Positions 37,975 to 48,221 of a stretch of DNA of 64,000 nt are shown here, piece after piece. The notes below the pieces were generated by a model. That model was not told the origin of the DNA. It saw only the letters and a program-made list of their open reading frames with translations, and did no database searches. The DNA comes from Vulcanimicrobiota bacterium. Lineage in GTDB: Bacteria > Vulcanimicrobiota > Vulcanimicrobiia > Eremiobacterales > Eremiobacteraceae. The stretch lies in contig CAWETU010000001.1 of NCBI GenBank assembly GCA_963812135.1, positions 1,024,001 to 1,088,000 on the forward strand. The letters run 5' to 3'. Both the position numbers and the translations under genes were made by a program. Numbering within the stretch: position 1 is the first letter of the stretch; every line of letters starts with the position of its first letter.

Positions 37975-38727
37975 GTGATGCTCGCATATGCGCTCGTCGC
38001 AGCGCTCGTCGCAGTCGCACCCGCCACCGCCGAAATGCCGTCGCATGGCGGCGCGTTCGTGACGACGCTGCCGCTGGGCGCGGACATCTGGGTCGACGGC
38101 GCGTACGTCGGGCGCACGCCGGCGTTCGTCGATCTGCTGTCCGCCGGCAAGCACACGATCGTGGTGACGCGCACGGGTTGGGAAGCGCAAAGCGCGACGA
38201 TTCAAGTGAGCATCGGCCAGGTCGTTCAGGTCAGCCTGGTGCTGCCCCACACGAGCGGCACGGCGAACACGTCGCACGATTTCGGCGAACTCGTGGTGCG
38301 CGGCTCGCCCGCGGGCGCCGCCGTGTACGTCGACGGCAAAAAGCTCGGCGTCATCCCGTTGAACGCGACCAAGATCGCGGCGGGGTATCACATCGTCAGC
38401 GTCGTCGGCAAGCCGGACGAGCGTTCCACGCGCGACGTCAACGTCTATCCGGACACGACCACCACCATCTCCATCACGGCAGGCGAACCGGGCGGTCCGA
38501 CTGGCGACATCCTCGAGCCAGTTTCTTCTTATATACCGGCGTCGGACGTCGCGCAGAGCGGCAGCCAGGTGACGATCAAGTACCGCGGTTCCCAACTGCA
38601 GTGCGCGGTCGGCTCGCGCACGTACACGCTCAACGGCAAAGAGGGTCTGCTGTCGATCGCGCCCGCGATGCTCTCGGGCAAGCTGTATCTGCCGCAGTCG
38701 CTCTTGGAACACCTTAGCGGAAAATAA
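37975..38727 (+). CDS. secreted PEGA-domain protein
   Basis: Signal peptide; two PEGA repeats (P.GADIWVDG..VGRTP; PAGAAVYVDG..LG..P); C-terminal stalk-like motif GKLYLP. Confidence 0.8.
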   Translation: MMLAYALVAALVAVAPATAEMPSHGGAFVTTLPLGADIWVDGAYVGRTPAFVDLLSAGKHTIVVTRTGWEAQSATIQVSIGQVVQVSLVLPHTSGTANTSHDFGELVVRGSPAGAAVYVDGKKLGVIPLNATKIAAGYHIVSVVGKPDERSTRDVNVYPDTTTTISITAGEPGGPTGDILEPVSSYIPASDVAQSGSQVTIKYRGSQLQCAVGSRTYTLNGKEGLLSIAPAMLSGKLYLPQSLLEHLSGK

Positions 38728-38750
38728 GACGCTCCCGCGAACCACGCCCC

Positions 38751-40103
38751 ATGCCTTCGGTCTATCTTCAGACATTCGGCTGTCAGATGAACATCGCCGA
38801 CTCAAACGGTTTGGCGCACCAGGCGTGGTCGCTCGGCTGTACGTTCGCCAACGCGCCTGAAGAGGCGGACATCATCATCGTCAACACGTGCGCGATCCGC
38901 GAAAAGGCGGAGACGCGCGTGTACGGCCGGCTCGGCGCGCTCAAACCGATCAAAGAGAAGCGCCCCGAGATCAAACTGCTCGTGGCCGGCTGTTTGGCGG
39001 AAAAAGACCGCGAGATCATGCGCAAAAAGGCGCCGCACGTCGACGCCTTGCTCGGTCCACGCGAATACAAGAAGTTCAAAGCGCTGTTGAGCTCTTGGGG
39101 CGTGCCCACGGACGCGCCGCCGCCACAGACCGATTTTCGCATGCCGTCGGCGGAGGACGACCCGGGGCTCGACGGCGCGGGAGAATTCGCACATCTGCGC
39201 GCGCTGGTCAACATCACGCGCGGCTGCGAGAAGTTCTGCACGTACTGCATCGTGCCGTACACGCGCGGGCCGCTCGAGAGCATCGATCCCGACGAGATCG
39301 AGTCGCAGGTGCGCCGCGAGATACGCTGCGGCGCGCACGAGATCACGCTGCTCGGCCAGAACGTCAACTCGTATTTCTGGGAGCCGTCGAAGCTCGATTT
39401 CGCGGATCTGCTGATTCGGATCGGCGCGCTTGAGGGGCTCGAACGGCTCACGTTCCTGACATCGCACCCCAAAGATTTCGGACCGCGCGTCGTGGACGCG
39501 CTCGCACAGCTGCCGAAAGTCCAGCCGCGGCTGCATCTGCCGGTGCAGTCGGGCAGCAACGGCGTGCTCAAAGCGATGGCGCGCCTGTACACGATCGAAG
39601 AATACTTGGACAAGATCGCGTATTTCAGAGAGCGGCTGGCGCGCTGGGCGCTCACCACCGATCTCATCGTCGGCTATCCGACCGAGACCGAAGCGGACTT
39701 TTTGCAAACGCTCGATCTCGTGCAACGCGGCACGTTCGAGTACGCGTTCATCTTCGCGTTCTCGCCGCGCGCGGGCACGCCGGCGGCGACCATGCAGCCG
39801 CAAGTGCCGCCCGAAGAGAAGATCCGGCGCCTGCAAGCGATCAACGCCGCGCAGAACGACGTGACGCGCCGCTTCAACGAATCGTTCCTGGGCGAGACGG
39901 TGCGCGTGCTCGCGCAAGGTCCATCGAGAAAAGATCCAGCGAAGATGGCCGGCAAGACGGGCCACAACACCACTGTCATCTATCCGCGCGACGATCGCAC
40001 GAAATACGCACCGTGGACCGACGTCGTTGTCGAGCAAGCGTTTTCGTGGGGCGTGGCCGGCACTCCGGTGGGAATGCCCGAGCCGCTTTGCACGGTCGAG
40101 TAA
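38751..40103 (+). CDS. miaB: tRNA-2-methylthio-N6-dimethylallyladenosine synthase
   Basis: TFGCQMN, NTCAIREKAE, GCEKFCTYCIVP, LGQNVN, TSHP, TRAM domain. Confidence 0.96.
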   Translation: MPSVYLQTFGCQMNIADSNGLAHQAWSLGCTFANAPEEADIIIVNTCAIREKAETRVYGRLGALKPIKEKRPEIKLLVAGCLAEKDREIMRKKAPHVDALLGPREYKKFKALLSSWGVPTDAPPPQTDFRMPSAEDDPGLDGAGEFAHLRALVNITRGCEKFCTYCIVPYTRGPLESIDPDEIESQVRREIRCGAHEITLLGQNVNSYFWEPSKLDFADLLIRIGALEGLERLTFLTSHPKDFGPRVVDALAQLPKVQPRLHLPVQSGSNGVLKAMARLYTIEEYLDKIAYFRERLARWALTTDLIVGYPTETEADFLQTLDLVQRGTFEYAFIFAFSPRAGTPAATMQPQVPPEEKIRRLQAINAAQNDVTRRFNESFLGETVRVLAQGPSRKDPAKMAGKTGHNTTVIYPRDDRTKYAPWTDVVVEQAFSWGVAGTPVGMPEPLCTVE

Positions 40104-40116
40104 ACTCGACCGCTAC
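40093..40116 (-). repeat. GTAG-type REP-like palindrome, family A, copy 4
   Basis: CGGTCGAGT-AA-ACTCGACCG-CTAC, a perfect 9-bp stem; contains the miaB stop codon. Confidence 0.75.
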
Positions 40117-40124
40117 ATAATATA

Positions 40125-42698
40125 GTGCGGAGGACGGCCAAAGGCGCGCAAGCGCCGCACGAGGACGGCACCGCGCAAGCGCTCGCGCAGCGTGCGGCCG
40201 TCGTGCCGGCGGATAGTGAAGACGTCAACTCGCCGCTGATCGCGCAGTATCTCGAGCTCAAACGCCAATATCCCGAAGCGCTGCTGCTCTCGCGCGTCGG
40301 CGATTTCTACGAGGCGTATGGCGCCGACGCCGACGATCTCGCCGCGTCGGTGCGCATCGTGCTCACGTCCAAAGAAGCCGGCAAAGGCAAGCGCGTCGCG
40401 ATGGCCGGCGTGCCGCATCACAACCTCGACCACTACCTCGCCCGGCTCATCCGCCAGCAACGCGTTGTCGCAGTCGCCGAGCAGATGGAGCCGCCCGCGC
40501 CGAACCGGCTCGTGCGACGCGAGATCGTCCGCGTCATCACGCCGGGCACGGTGCTCGAGGACCACCTGCTCGCGTCCGAACGCAACAACTATCTGTGCGC
40601 GGTCGCCGTCGCTGCAGGCCATACGGCCGTTGCGTGCGCCGACGTTTCGACCGGCGAAGCAAGCGTGGCGATCGCCGACTCGGATGACGATCTCGCCGCC
40701 GAGCTGGACCGCGCTGCGCCCGCTGAAGTCATCGTCGAGAGCGATGAAGACATCGCGCGCGTGCGGGCTCTTGTCGGCGACATCTGCCGCGTCGCGGTCG
40801 ATCCGCGCAGCGACGACGGCGCGAGCATCGAGACCTGCGAGCTCGACGCGTTCTCGCGCGACGAGCGGCCTGCCGCCAGGGCCGCGCTCGAACTGCTCGG
40901 CGCGTATCTTCAGTACGTGCGCCTCGACGGCGCGGCAGTCGTGCAGCGCGCGCGCCCGCGCCTGGCGCGTTCGGCCATGTTGATCGACCCCGCGACGCGG
41001 CGGCACCTGGACCTGCTCAGCGGCGCGGGAGAGAACTCGCGCGCCTCGTTGCTCAACGTGCTCGCGCGCACGAAGACGGCGATGGGCAGCCGCATGCTGG
41101 CGCAGTGGCTATGCGCGCCGCTGCTCGACGTCGGCCGTATCCGCGCGCGTCATGACCGGGTCGAGTCATTGGTGAACGCGCCGTCATTCCGGCTCGCGCT
41201 GCAAACCCAACTGGCAGAGATCGGCGACGTCGAACGGATCGTGCAAAAGGTGCGCTCGCGGCGCGCGGGCCCGCGCGATGTCGGCGCGCTGCGCGAGTCG
41301 CTGCACGCCATCGGACGGTTGGGCGCGCTGCTGATGGAAGTGAACGATACTGAGTTCGCTCGCATGCGCGAGAGATTGGAGGAGAAGGCGGGCGACAAGA
41401 CACCCGTCATCGCGCGCCTCGCCGAGCTGCTTGACCGGGCGCTCGTCGACGATCCGCCGGCGCTGATCGCCGACGGCGGCGCAATCAAGTCGGCGCACTC
41501 GCAGGAGCTGGGAGAGCTCATCGACCTGCGCACGCGCAGCCGCGATCATCTGCTCGCGCTCGAAGAGCGCACGCGAGCGCGCAGCGGCATAAAGTCGCTC
41601 AAGATCAAGTACACGCAGGCGTTCGGCTATTACTATGAGGTCACGCGCGCCAACGCTGCTTCCGTGCCCGTTGATTTCGTGCGCCGCCAAACGCTTGTCA
41701 ACGCAGAGCGATTCACCGACGCCGAGCTGCGATCGCTCGAGGCGGAGATATTGTCGGCGCGGTCGCGTCAGATCGCGCTCGAGAAAGACCTCTTCGAGGA
41801 GGTGCTCGCCACCATCGACGCGGCGCGCGAACGATTGCTGTCGGTCGCCGAAACGGTCGCGGAAATCGACGTCTTCGCTTCGCTCGCGCAAGTCGCCGGC
41901 GAGCGCCGCTACGTCCGCCCTATTATGCTCGAGACGAACGAACTTGACGTCGAAGGCGCCAGGCATCCGATCGTCGAGGCCTACGGCGGCGTCGACTTCG
42001 TGCCGAACGACTGCTGTCTCGACGCGCAACGTCGCTTCTTGCTGATCACCGGCCCGAACATGGGCGGCAAGTCGACGTACTTGCGGCAGACGGCGCTGCT
42101 CGCGATCCTCGCACAGATGGGCTCGTATGTGCCTGCAGCCGCCGCGCGCATGGGCGTCATCGAGCGGTTGTTCACCCGCATCGGCGCGGGCGACGACATC
42201 GCCGCCGGCCGCTCGACGTTTTATGTCGAAATGGCGGAGATGGCGCTCGTGCTGCGCGGTTGCACGCCGGCCAGCTTGCTGCTCATCGATGAGGTCGGCC
42301 GCGGCACCGGGACGACCGATGGTCTGGCGATCGCGCAAGCCGTCAGCGAGTATCTGCTCGGCCTCGATCTGGCCATGCCGATGGTGCTCTTCGCGACGCA
42401 TTTCCACGAGCTGGTCCGCCTATCCGGACGTTTCCCCACGGTCGAGAATCTGCACGTCGCGGTCGCCGAAGAGCCCGGCGGACCAGTCTTTTCGCACCGC
42501 TTGCTGCACGGCTCGAGCAGCCGTTCGTACGGCATTGCCGTCGCCAAAATGGCCGGTTTGCCCGCCGAGGTGGTACAACGCGCGCAAGAAATTGCCGATG
42601 ATATTGAACGGAGGCCCGGACCCGCCCCAGCACCGCTCCGGCGGCGCGGCGAGGCCGGGCGACCCGACGCTCAGCTCGCGCTCGACGTCGAACCGTAA
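40125..42698 (+). CDS. mutS: DNA mismatch repair protein MutS
   Basis: RVGDFYE, TPGT, TGPNMGGKST, GRSTF.VEM, DEVGRGT, ATHFHEL, SYGI.VA; start may be GTG 40203. Confidence 0.97.
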   Translation: MRRTAKGAQAPHEDGTAQALAQRAAVVPADSEDVNSPLIAQYLELKRQYPEALLLSRVGDFYEAYGADADDLAASVRIVLTSKEAGKGKRVAMAGVPHHNLDHYLARLIRQQRVVAVAEQMEPPAPNRLVRREIVRVITPGTVLEDHLLASERNNYLCAVAVAAGHTAVACADVSTGEASVAIADSDDDLAAELDRAAPAEVIVESDEDIARVRALVGDICRVAVDPRSDDGASIETCELDAFSRDERPAARAALELLGAYLQYVRLDGAAVVQRARPRLARSAMLIDPATRRHLDLLSGAGENSRASLLNVLARTKTAMGSRMLAQWLCAPLLDVGRIRARHDRVESLVNAPSFRLALQTQLAEIGDVERIVQKVRSRRAGPRDVGALRESLHAIGRLGALLMEVNDTEFARMRERLEEKAGDKTPVIARLAELLDRALVDDPPALIADGGAIKSAHSQELGELIDLRTRSRDHLLALEERTRARSGIKSLKIKYTQAFGYYYEVTRANAASVPVDFVRRQTLVNAERFTDAELRSLEAEILSARSRQIALEKDLFEEVLATIDAARERLLSVAETVAEIDVFASLAQVAGERRYVRPIMLETNELDVEGARHPIVEAYGGVDFVPNDCCLDAQRRFLLITGPNMGGKSTYLRQTALLAILAQMGSYVPAAAARMGVIERLFTRIGAGDDIAAGRSTFYVEMAEMALVLRGCTPASLLLIDEVGRGTGTTDGLAIAQAVSEYLLGLDLAMPMVLFATHFHELVRLSGRFPTVENLHVAVAEEPGGPVFSHRLLHGSSSRSYGIAVAKMAGLPAEVVQRAQEIADDIERRPGPAPAPLRRRGEAGRPDAQLALDVEP

Positions 42699-42746
42699 CA
42701 CCCGCGCGGAGCAAATAGGCCCATTCTTCGTACCGTTTCGTTTCCG

Positions 42747-44270
42747 ATGATCGTCGCCGCCGCCCGTTGGGTCGCGGTGGCTCAAGTGTTGCTCGCGCCG
42801 CTCAGCGCCCCGGCGCCGATGTGGCTGATCGCCGCGTTGTTCGGCTACGCGCTCGTCGCGACCGCGCTGGCCGCGATGCCGCGTCTCTCGAAGCGGCCGA
42901 ATGACAAGAAAGACGATCTGCCCGAGATCTCTTCAGCGCTCATCATCTTGCTCGACGTCGTGGCCACCGCTGCGGTCGGCTGGTTCTCCGGCGTCAGCTC
43001 GCTCGCGTTGCTCATCGGCCTTGATGCGGCAACGCTCTCGGACGCTGCCGCGATCTTCTTCATCGGCGCGTCGGCCGCGTGCCTCACGTTTGCGATCTAC
43101 TTCGGCCACCCGACCGACGCAGCCGGCAAGCCCGCCGACATGCTGCTGATAGTCGGCTACGCCGTCGCACTGCCGCTCATCACGTTCCTCGCCGCCGCAC
43201 ACGGCCTGTTGGGCCGCCGCCGCGCCGAGCAGCAGACGCGCGCCATCATGCGCGTACTGGACGCGGGTTCCGATCTCGGCACGAAGGTCACGCTCGCCGA
43301 AGCGCTCACGCAGCTCGTCATCATGCTGCGCGAGTTCCGCGAATCCGTGCCCTGGTCAAATCTCGTCATCTACATCACGCGCACCGACGAAGAAGCACAG
43401 GACGAAGTGCTCGTCGAGGAAGCGGTGGAAGGCGCGTACGCGGATTTCTATCGCGGCAGCAAGCTGCGCTTCGGCGAAGGCGTCGTCGGCTTCGCGGCCG
43501 CCGAGCAGCGTCCGCTCATCGTCGCCGACATCCAAAAAGATTATCGCGAGTCATCGCTGCCGCGGCCCAAGGCCGCGCACGCGTGTCTCGTCGTGCCGAT
43601 CGTGAGCGAGCGCGTCAGCATCGGCGCCGTGATGCTCGTGGCGGCCAAGCCCGGAGCGTTCGTGTTCGAGCAGCAGCGCCTAGTCGACCGGCTCGTGCGG
43701 CTGGCAGCCGTCGGCATCCAAAACGCGCGCTTGCACAGCAAGACGCTCGAACTCGCGGATACCGACTCGATGACCGGCTTGCTCACCAACCGGGCATACC
43801 AAGAGCGCCTCGAGACGGAGTTCCGCAAAGCGCAGCTCACCAAACAGTCGCTCTCGCTGCTCATCTTGGACGTCGATTTCTTCAAGCACGTCAACGATAC
43901 GTATGGTCACCCGCAGGGCGACGAATTGCTGCGCCAGTTGGGTGAAGTGATCCGCATGCACGCGCGCAAGATCGACATCTGCTGCCGTTACGGCGGCGAC
44001 GAATTCGTCGTGCTCATGCCCGAGACCATCAAGGCCGAGGCGGCCATGGTTGCGGGGCGGCTGCGCCAAGCCATCGAGAACAACGAGTTCACGCTTGAAA
44101 CGACGATCGCGAAGATCACCGTGTCGATCGGCGTCGCCGGGTATCCGCAAGACGTGTCCAGCAAACAACAGCTGGTGAAATCGGCCGACTCGGCGCTCTA
44201 CGCCGCCAAACAGTCCGGCCGCAACAACGTCAAGCTCGCGACTCGCGAGACGCTTCCCGTTCGAATGTAG
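42747..44270 (+). CDS. membrane-GAF-GGDEF diguanylate cyclase
   Basis: N-terminal TMs, GAF (GEGVVG..A), DSMTGL, DVDFFK.VND.YGH..GD, RKID I-site, RYGGDEF. Confidence 0.93.
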   Translation: MIVAAARWVAVAQVLLAPLSAPAPMWLIAALFGYALVATALAAMPRLSKRPNDKKDDLPEISSALIILLDVVATAAVGWFSGVSSLALLIGLDAATLSDAAAIFFIGASAACLTFAIYFGHPTDAAGKPADMLLIVGYAVALPLITFLAAAHGLLGRRRAEQQTRAIMRVLDAGSDLGTKVTLAEALTQLVIMLREFRESVPWSNLVIYITRTDEEAQDEVLVEEAVEGAYADFYRGSKLRFGEGVVGFAAAEQRPLIVADIQKDYRESSLPRPKAAHACLVVPIVSERVSIGAVMLVAAKPGAFVFEQQRLVDRLVRLAAVGIQNARLHSKTLELADTDSMTGLLTNRAYQERLETEFRKAQLTKQSLSLLILDVDFFKHVNDTYGHPQGDELLRQLGEVIRMHARKIDICCRYGGDEFVVLMPETIKAEAAMVAGRLRQAIENNEFTLETTIAKITVSIGVAGYPQDVSSKQQLVKSADSALYAAKQSGRNNVKLATRETLPVRM

Positions 44271-44302
44271 TCCAGCGACGTTGCGCGAAGCGCTCGCGCA
44301 CG

Positions 44303-46018
44303 ATGCAGCCCCGTCCGATCCGCCAACTCGACGCCGCGACGATCGCTCAGATCGCCGCGGGCGAGGTCATCGAGCGGCCCGTTTCCGTCGTTAAAGAGCT
44401 TGTCGAGAACAGCCTCGACGCCGGCGCGTCGGCCATCGCGGTCGAGGTCGCTGACGGTGGCCGGTCCTCCATCTCCGTGACGGATAACGGCGTCGGCATC
44501 GCGCGCGACGATCTCGCGCTCGCCTTCGCCCGCCACGCGACCAGCAAGCTTTTTTCGGCGGGCGAGCTTTTCGGCATCGACACGCTCGGCTTCCGCGGCG
44601 AAGGCCTCGCCAGCATCGCCGCCGCCGGCGCGGTGGAGCTCACCTCGCGTCCTGAAGGCGCGGAGCTCGGCGCGCGGATCGAAGCGCACGGCGTCGAGGT
44701 CGGCAAGCCGGCCGCATGCGCCGCGCCGCCCGGCACGAAGGTGGTCATACGCGACCTGTTCGCGCTCACGCCGGCGCGCCGCGAGTTCATCAAGAGCGCG
44801 CGCGCGGAATTTTCGCGCATCAGCGCATTCCTTTCGCGCATCGCGCTCGGCTGGCCGGAAGTCGCTTTCGTCTTGCGCCATGACGGCAAGGACGTGTGGG
44901 CGCTGCCCGCCGTGCGCGACGGCATCGATCGCCTTGAGATGGTGTTTGGGTCGGGCTCGCGCGGCTCGCTCGTCGAGATCGCCACAAACGATGCGCCGGC
45001 GCGCATCATCGTAAGCGGCTACATCAGCCGGCCCGGCGACGATCGTCCGAACCGCGAGACGCAGGTCTATTTCGTCAATGGACGGCTGGTGCGGTGCGCG
45101 CCGCTGTCGGCGGCCTGGCTGGCGGGATCGGGCTCGTTCGGGATGACCAGGCGCTTCCCGTTCGGCATGCTCGCGCTCGAGCTCGCGCCCGAGGATGTCG
45201 ACGTCAACGTCCACCCGACGAAGATCGAAGTCCGATTCGCGCGCGGCAACGAAGTGTTCGACGCGGTGCGCATCGCAGTGGCCCGCACGCTTCGCGCCAC
45301 CGAACCGGAGCGTCCGGCGCCAGCGATCGCATTTGCGCCGCCGCCGTCGCTGCGCGATGCCATGGCAGCTCTCTCGGCTCGGAGCGAGTCCGCCGATTCG
45401 CTTCGGGCGACCGAACCGGTCGCGACGCTGGTCGCCGAACAGGCGGGCAAGCCAGGTGTGCGCGTCTTCGGTCAGATCGATCAGACGTACATCGCGGCCG
45501 GCGATGCGCAAGGCTTGTTCATCATCGATCAACACGCGGCGCACGAACGCATCGCGTATGAGGCCATTCTCGATCGCGAAGGCGATGCGGAATCAGGCGC
45601 GCCGCTGCTGTTCCCGACGATCGTCGAGTTGACCGACAGCCAAGCCGTCGTCCTCAACGAGAACCTCGACACGCTCGCGCAGGCCGGCGTCGTCGTCGAA
45701 CCGTTCGGCGAGGGCGCCTTTCGGATCTGTGCGTTGCCGGCCGGGTACGAGAAACGGCGCTTCGACTTGGCGGGCATGCTCGACGATCTCGCGGCAGACG
45801 ATGCGGCACGCGAAGGCGTCGCGCATCGCAACCGCTTGTTCGCCACGATCGCGTGTCATTCGGTCGTGCGCGCGCACGAGTCGCTCTCGCTCGCGGAGCA
45901 GGCGGCGCTCTACGATCGGCTGCAGCGCTGCCGCGACCCGCATACCTGTCCGCATGGCCGCCCGACCGTGCTGCGCATCGATGCCGCGTCGCTCGCAAAG
46001 GCGTTCGGCCGGGCGTGA
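44303..46018 (+). CDS. mutL: DNA mismatch repair endonuclease MutL
   Basis: IAAGEVIERP, ENSLDAG, HATSK, GFRGEGL, DQHAAHERI, ACH, CPHGRP. Confidence 0.97.
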   Translation: MQPRPIRQLDAATIAQIAAGEVIERPVSVVKELVENSLDAGASAIAVEVADGGRSSISVTDNGVGIARDDLALAFARHATSKLFSAGELFGIDTLGFRGEGLASIAAAGAVELTSRPEGAELGARIEAHGVEVGKPAACAAPPGTKVVIRDLFALTPARREFIKSARAEFSRISAFLSRIALGWPEVAFVLRHDGKDVWALPAVRDGIDRLEMVFGSGSRGSLVEIATNDAPARIIVSGYISRPGDDRPNRETQVYFVNGRLVRCAPLSAAWLAGSGSFGMTRRFPFGMLALELAPEDVDVNVHPTKIEVRFARGNEVFDAVRIAVARTLRATEPERPAPAIAFAPPPSLRDAMAALSARSESADSLRATEPVATLVAEQAGKPGVRVFGQIDQTYIAAGDAQGLFIIDQHAAHERIAYEAILDREGDAESGAPLLFPTIVELTDSQAVVLNENLDTLAQAGVVVEPFGEGAFRICALPAGYEKRRFDLAGMLDDLAADDAAREGVAHRNRLFATIACHSVVRAHESLSLAEQAALYDRLQRCRDPHTCPHGRPTVLRIDAASLAKAFGRA

Positions 46019-46025
46019 CCGTGCC

Positions 46026-46976
46026 GTGAGGCTGCGCGCGCTCGCGTTGTGCGGCCCGACGGCGTCCGGCAAATCGGAGCTCGCCTCGCGTCTCGCTGCG
46101 GAGATCGTCGGAGAAGTGATCAATGCCGATTCGCGCCAGATCTATGCGGGTATGCGCATCGGCACGGGCTGGCCCAGTGACGAACAATTCGCCCGCGCCC
46201 CGCATCACGGGTACGGCACGATCGCAGCCGGCGATCGATACAGCGCGGGGCGATTTGTCGAAGACGCGCGCGGGACGATCGACGACGTCATCGCCCGCAA
46301 CAAGCTGCCTATCCTCGTCGGCGGCACCGGTTTGTATATCGAAGCGCTCGCAGGCAGCATGCCGCTCGACCGGCCGATCGCCGGCGACGAGTTACGTGCG
46401 CGCGTGCGCCACGAGGCCGATGTTCATCCGCACACCGCGCTGCGTTCCTGGCTCGAGGCGATCGCGCCGCACGCGGCGGCGCGGATCAAACCCGGTGACC
46501 GCTACCGCACGCTGCGCGCCCTCGAAGCTGCATTGGCCGCGCGAGAGAACGCTGCGAGGGGGCGCGAGCATTCGCCATCACCCGAGGTTCGCTCGGGTAC
46601 TTCATCGCTACCCGACCTTGACCTGACCATCGTCGTGCTCGACGCTCCCCGCGCACTGTTGGAGTCGCGGATCGAGCGACGCGTCCGCGCGATGTTCGCG
46701 GCCGGTCTCATCGAAGAAGCGCTCGCCGTCCGCGCCGCGTTTGGCGACGCGCCGGCGCTCAGCGGGATCGGCTATGCGGAAGCGTTGGCATACGCGGACG
46801 GCGCCGCGACGCGCGACGAGGCCGTCGCAGCCGCGATACGGCGCACACGCGCCTACGCCAAGCGTCAACAGACCTGGTTCCGGCGCATCGCGTCGGCGCA
46901 GCGGCTCGACGCATTCGATGCGCAGACGCCGGCGGCGCTGCGCGAGCTGGCAAGGGGTTTGGCGCGGGCGACGTGA
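46026..46976 (+). CDS. miaA: tRNA dimethylallyltransferase
   Basis: GPTASGKS, NADSRQIY, VGGTGLY, GIGY, YAKRQ.TWFR. Confidence 0.95.
   Translation: MRLRALALCGPTASGKSELASRLAAEIVGEVINADSRQIYAGMRIGTGWPSDEQFARAPHHGYGTIAAGDRYSAGRFVEDARGTIDDVIARNKLPILVGGTGLYIEALAGSMPLDRPIAGDELRARVRHEADVHPHTALRSWLEAIAPHAAARIKPGDRYRTLRALEAALAARENAARGREHSPSPEVRSGTSSLPDLDLTIVVLDAPRALLESRIERRVRAMFAAGLIEEALAVRAAFGDAPALSGIGYAEALAYADGAATRDEAVAAAIRRTRAYAKRQQTWFRRIASAQRLDAFDAQTPAALRELARGLARAT
46579..46606 (-). repeat. family-B REP-like palindrome inside miaA
   Basis: Reverse complement GATGAAGTACCCGAGCGAACCTCGGGTG versus 1410-1437 GATGTAGAACCCGAGCGCAGCTCGGGTG (24/28). Confidence 0.5.
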
Positions 46977-47047
46977 ACGATTGCGTGGTTCTCCTCAGAG
47001 AAGAGCGCCGCGCGTCATGTGGCGTTCGTAGAGAACCGGAGACAGAA

Positions 47048-47374
47048 GTGAAGACCAACGTTCCTCTGCAGGACGCATACCTGCTGGCCGTCAAGCGCGA
47101 AAACGCTCCGGTCACGATCTACCTGCGTAATGGCTTCCAACTGCGCGGCCACGTACGCGGCTTCGACAATTTCACGATCATCTTGGAATACGATAACAAG
47201 CCACACCTCGTCTATAAGCACGCGGTGTCCACCGTGTCGCCGCAAGCGCCCGTGCAGTTCTCAGGTTCGGATCTCGCGCAGCACGCGTCCGGCAATTCCG
47301 CCGCGCATCGCCCGGCCAGCCCGGATGCTGCTCCCGCTCCCAATTCAGACGCAGCCGCGCATCCGATCGGCTAA
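47048..47374 (+). CDS. hfq: RNA chaperone Hfq with a disordered C-terminal tail
   Basis: LQD.YL, VTIYL.NGFQL.G, FDNF, LVYKHAVST; classic miaA-hfq order. Confidence 0.95.
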   Translation: MKTNVPLQDAYLLAVKRENAPVTIYLRNGFQLRGHVRGFDNFTIILEYDNKPHLVYKHAVSTVSPQAPVQFSGSDLAQHASGNSAAHRPASPDAAPAPNSDAAAHPIG

Positions 47375-47393
47375 GCGCTAACCCGCAACGGTC

Positions 47394-48217
<824 letters not shown>

Positions 48218-48221
<4 letters not shown>

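Noticed and set aside
35385..38805. ORF-track 447-aa 'EF-P' and 749-aa 'Der' as novel fusion proteins
   Set aside because: The extensions are open frames running through plsY and antisense to the PEGA gene; real starts are 35942 and 37938
41392..41404. 13-mer GCGACAAGACACC shared between mutS and the murI 3' end
   Set aside because: Matches of this length are expected by chance in 64 kb; no shared structure
42708..42749. Non-canonical ATT start (42723) for the diguanylate cyclase
   Set aside because: In frame and preceded by GGAG, but no homology argument requires the extension and ATG 42747 is adequate
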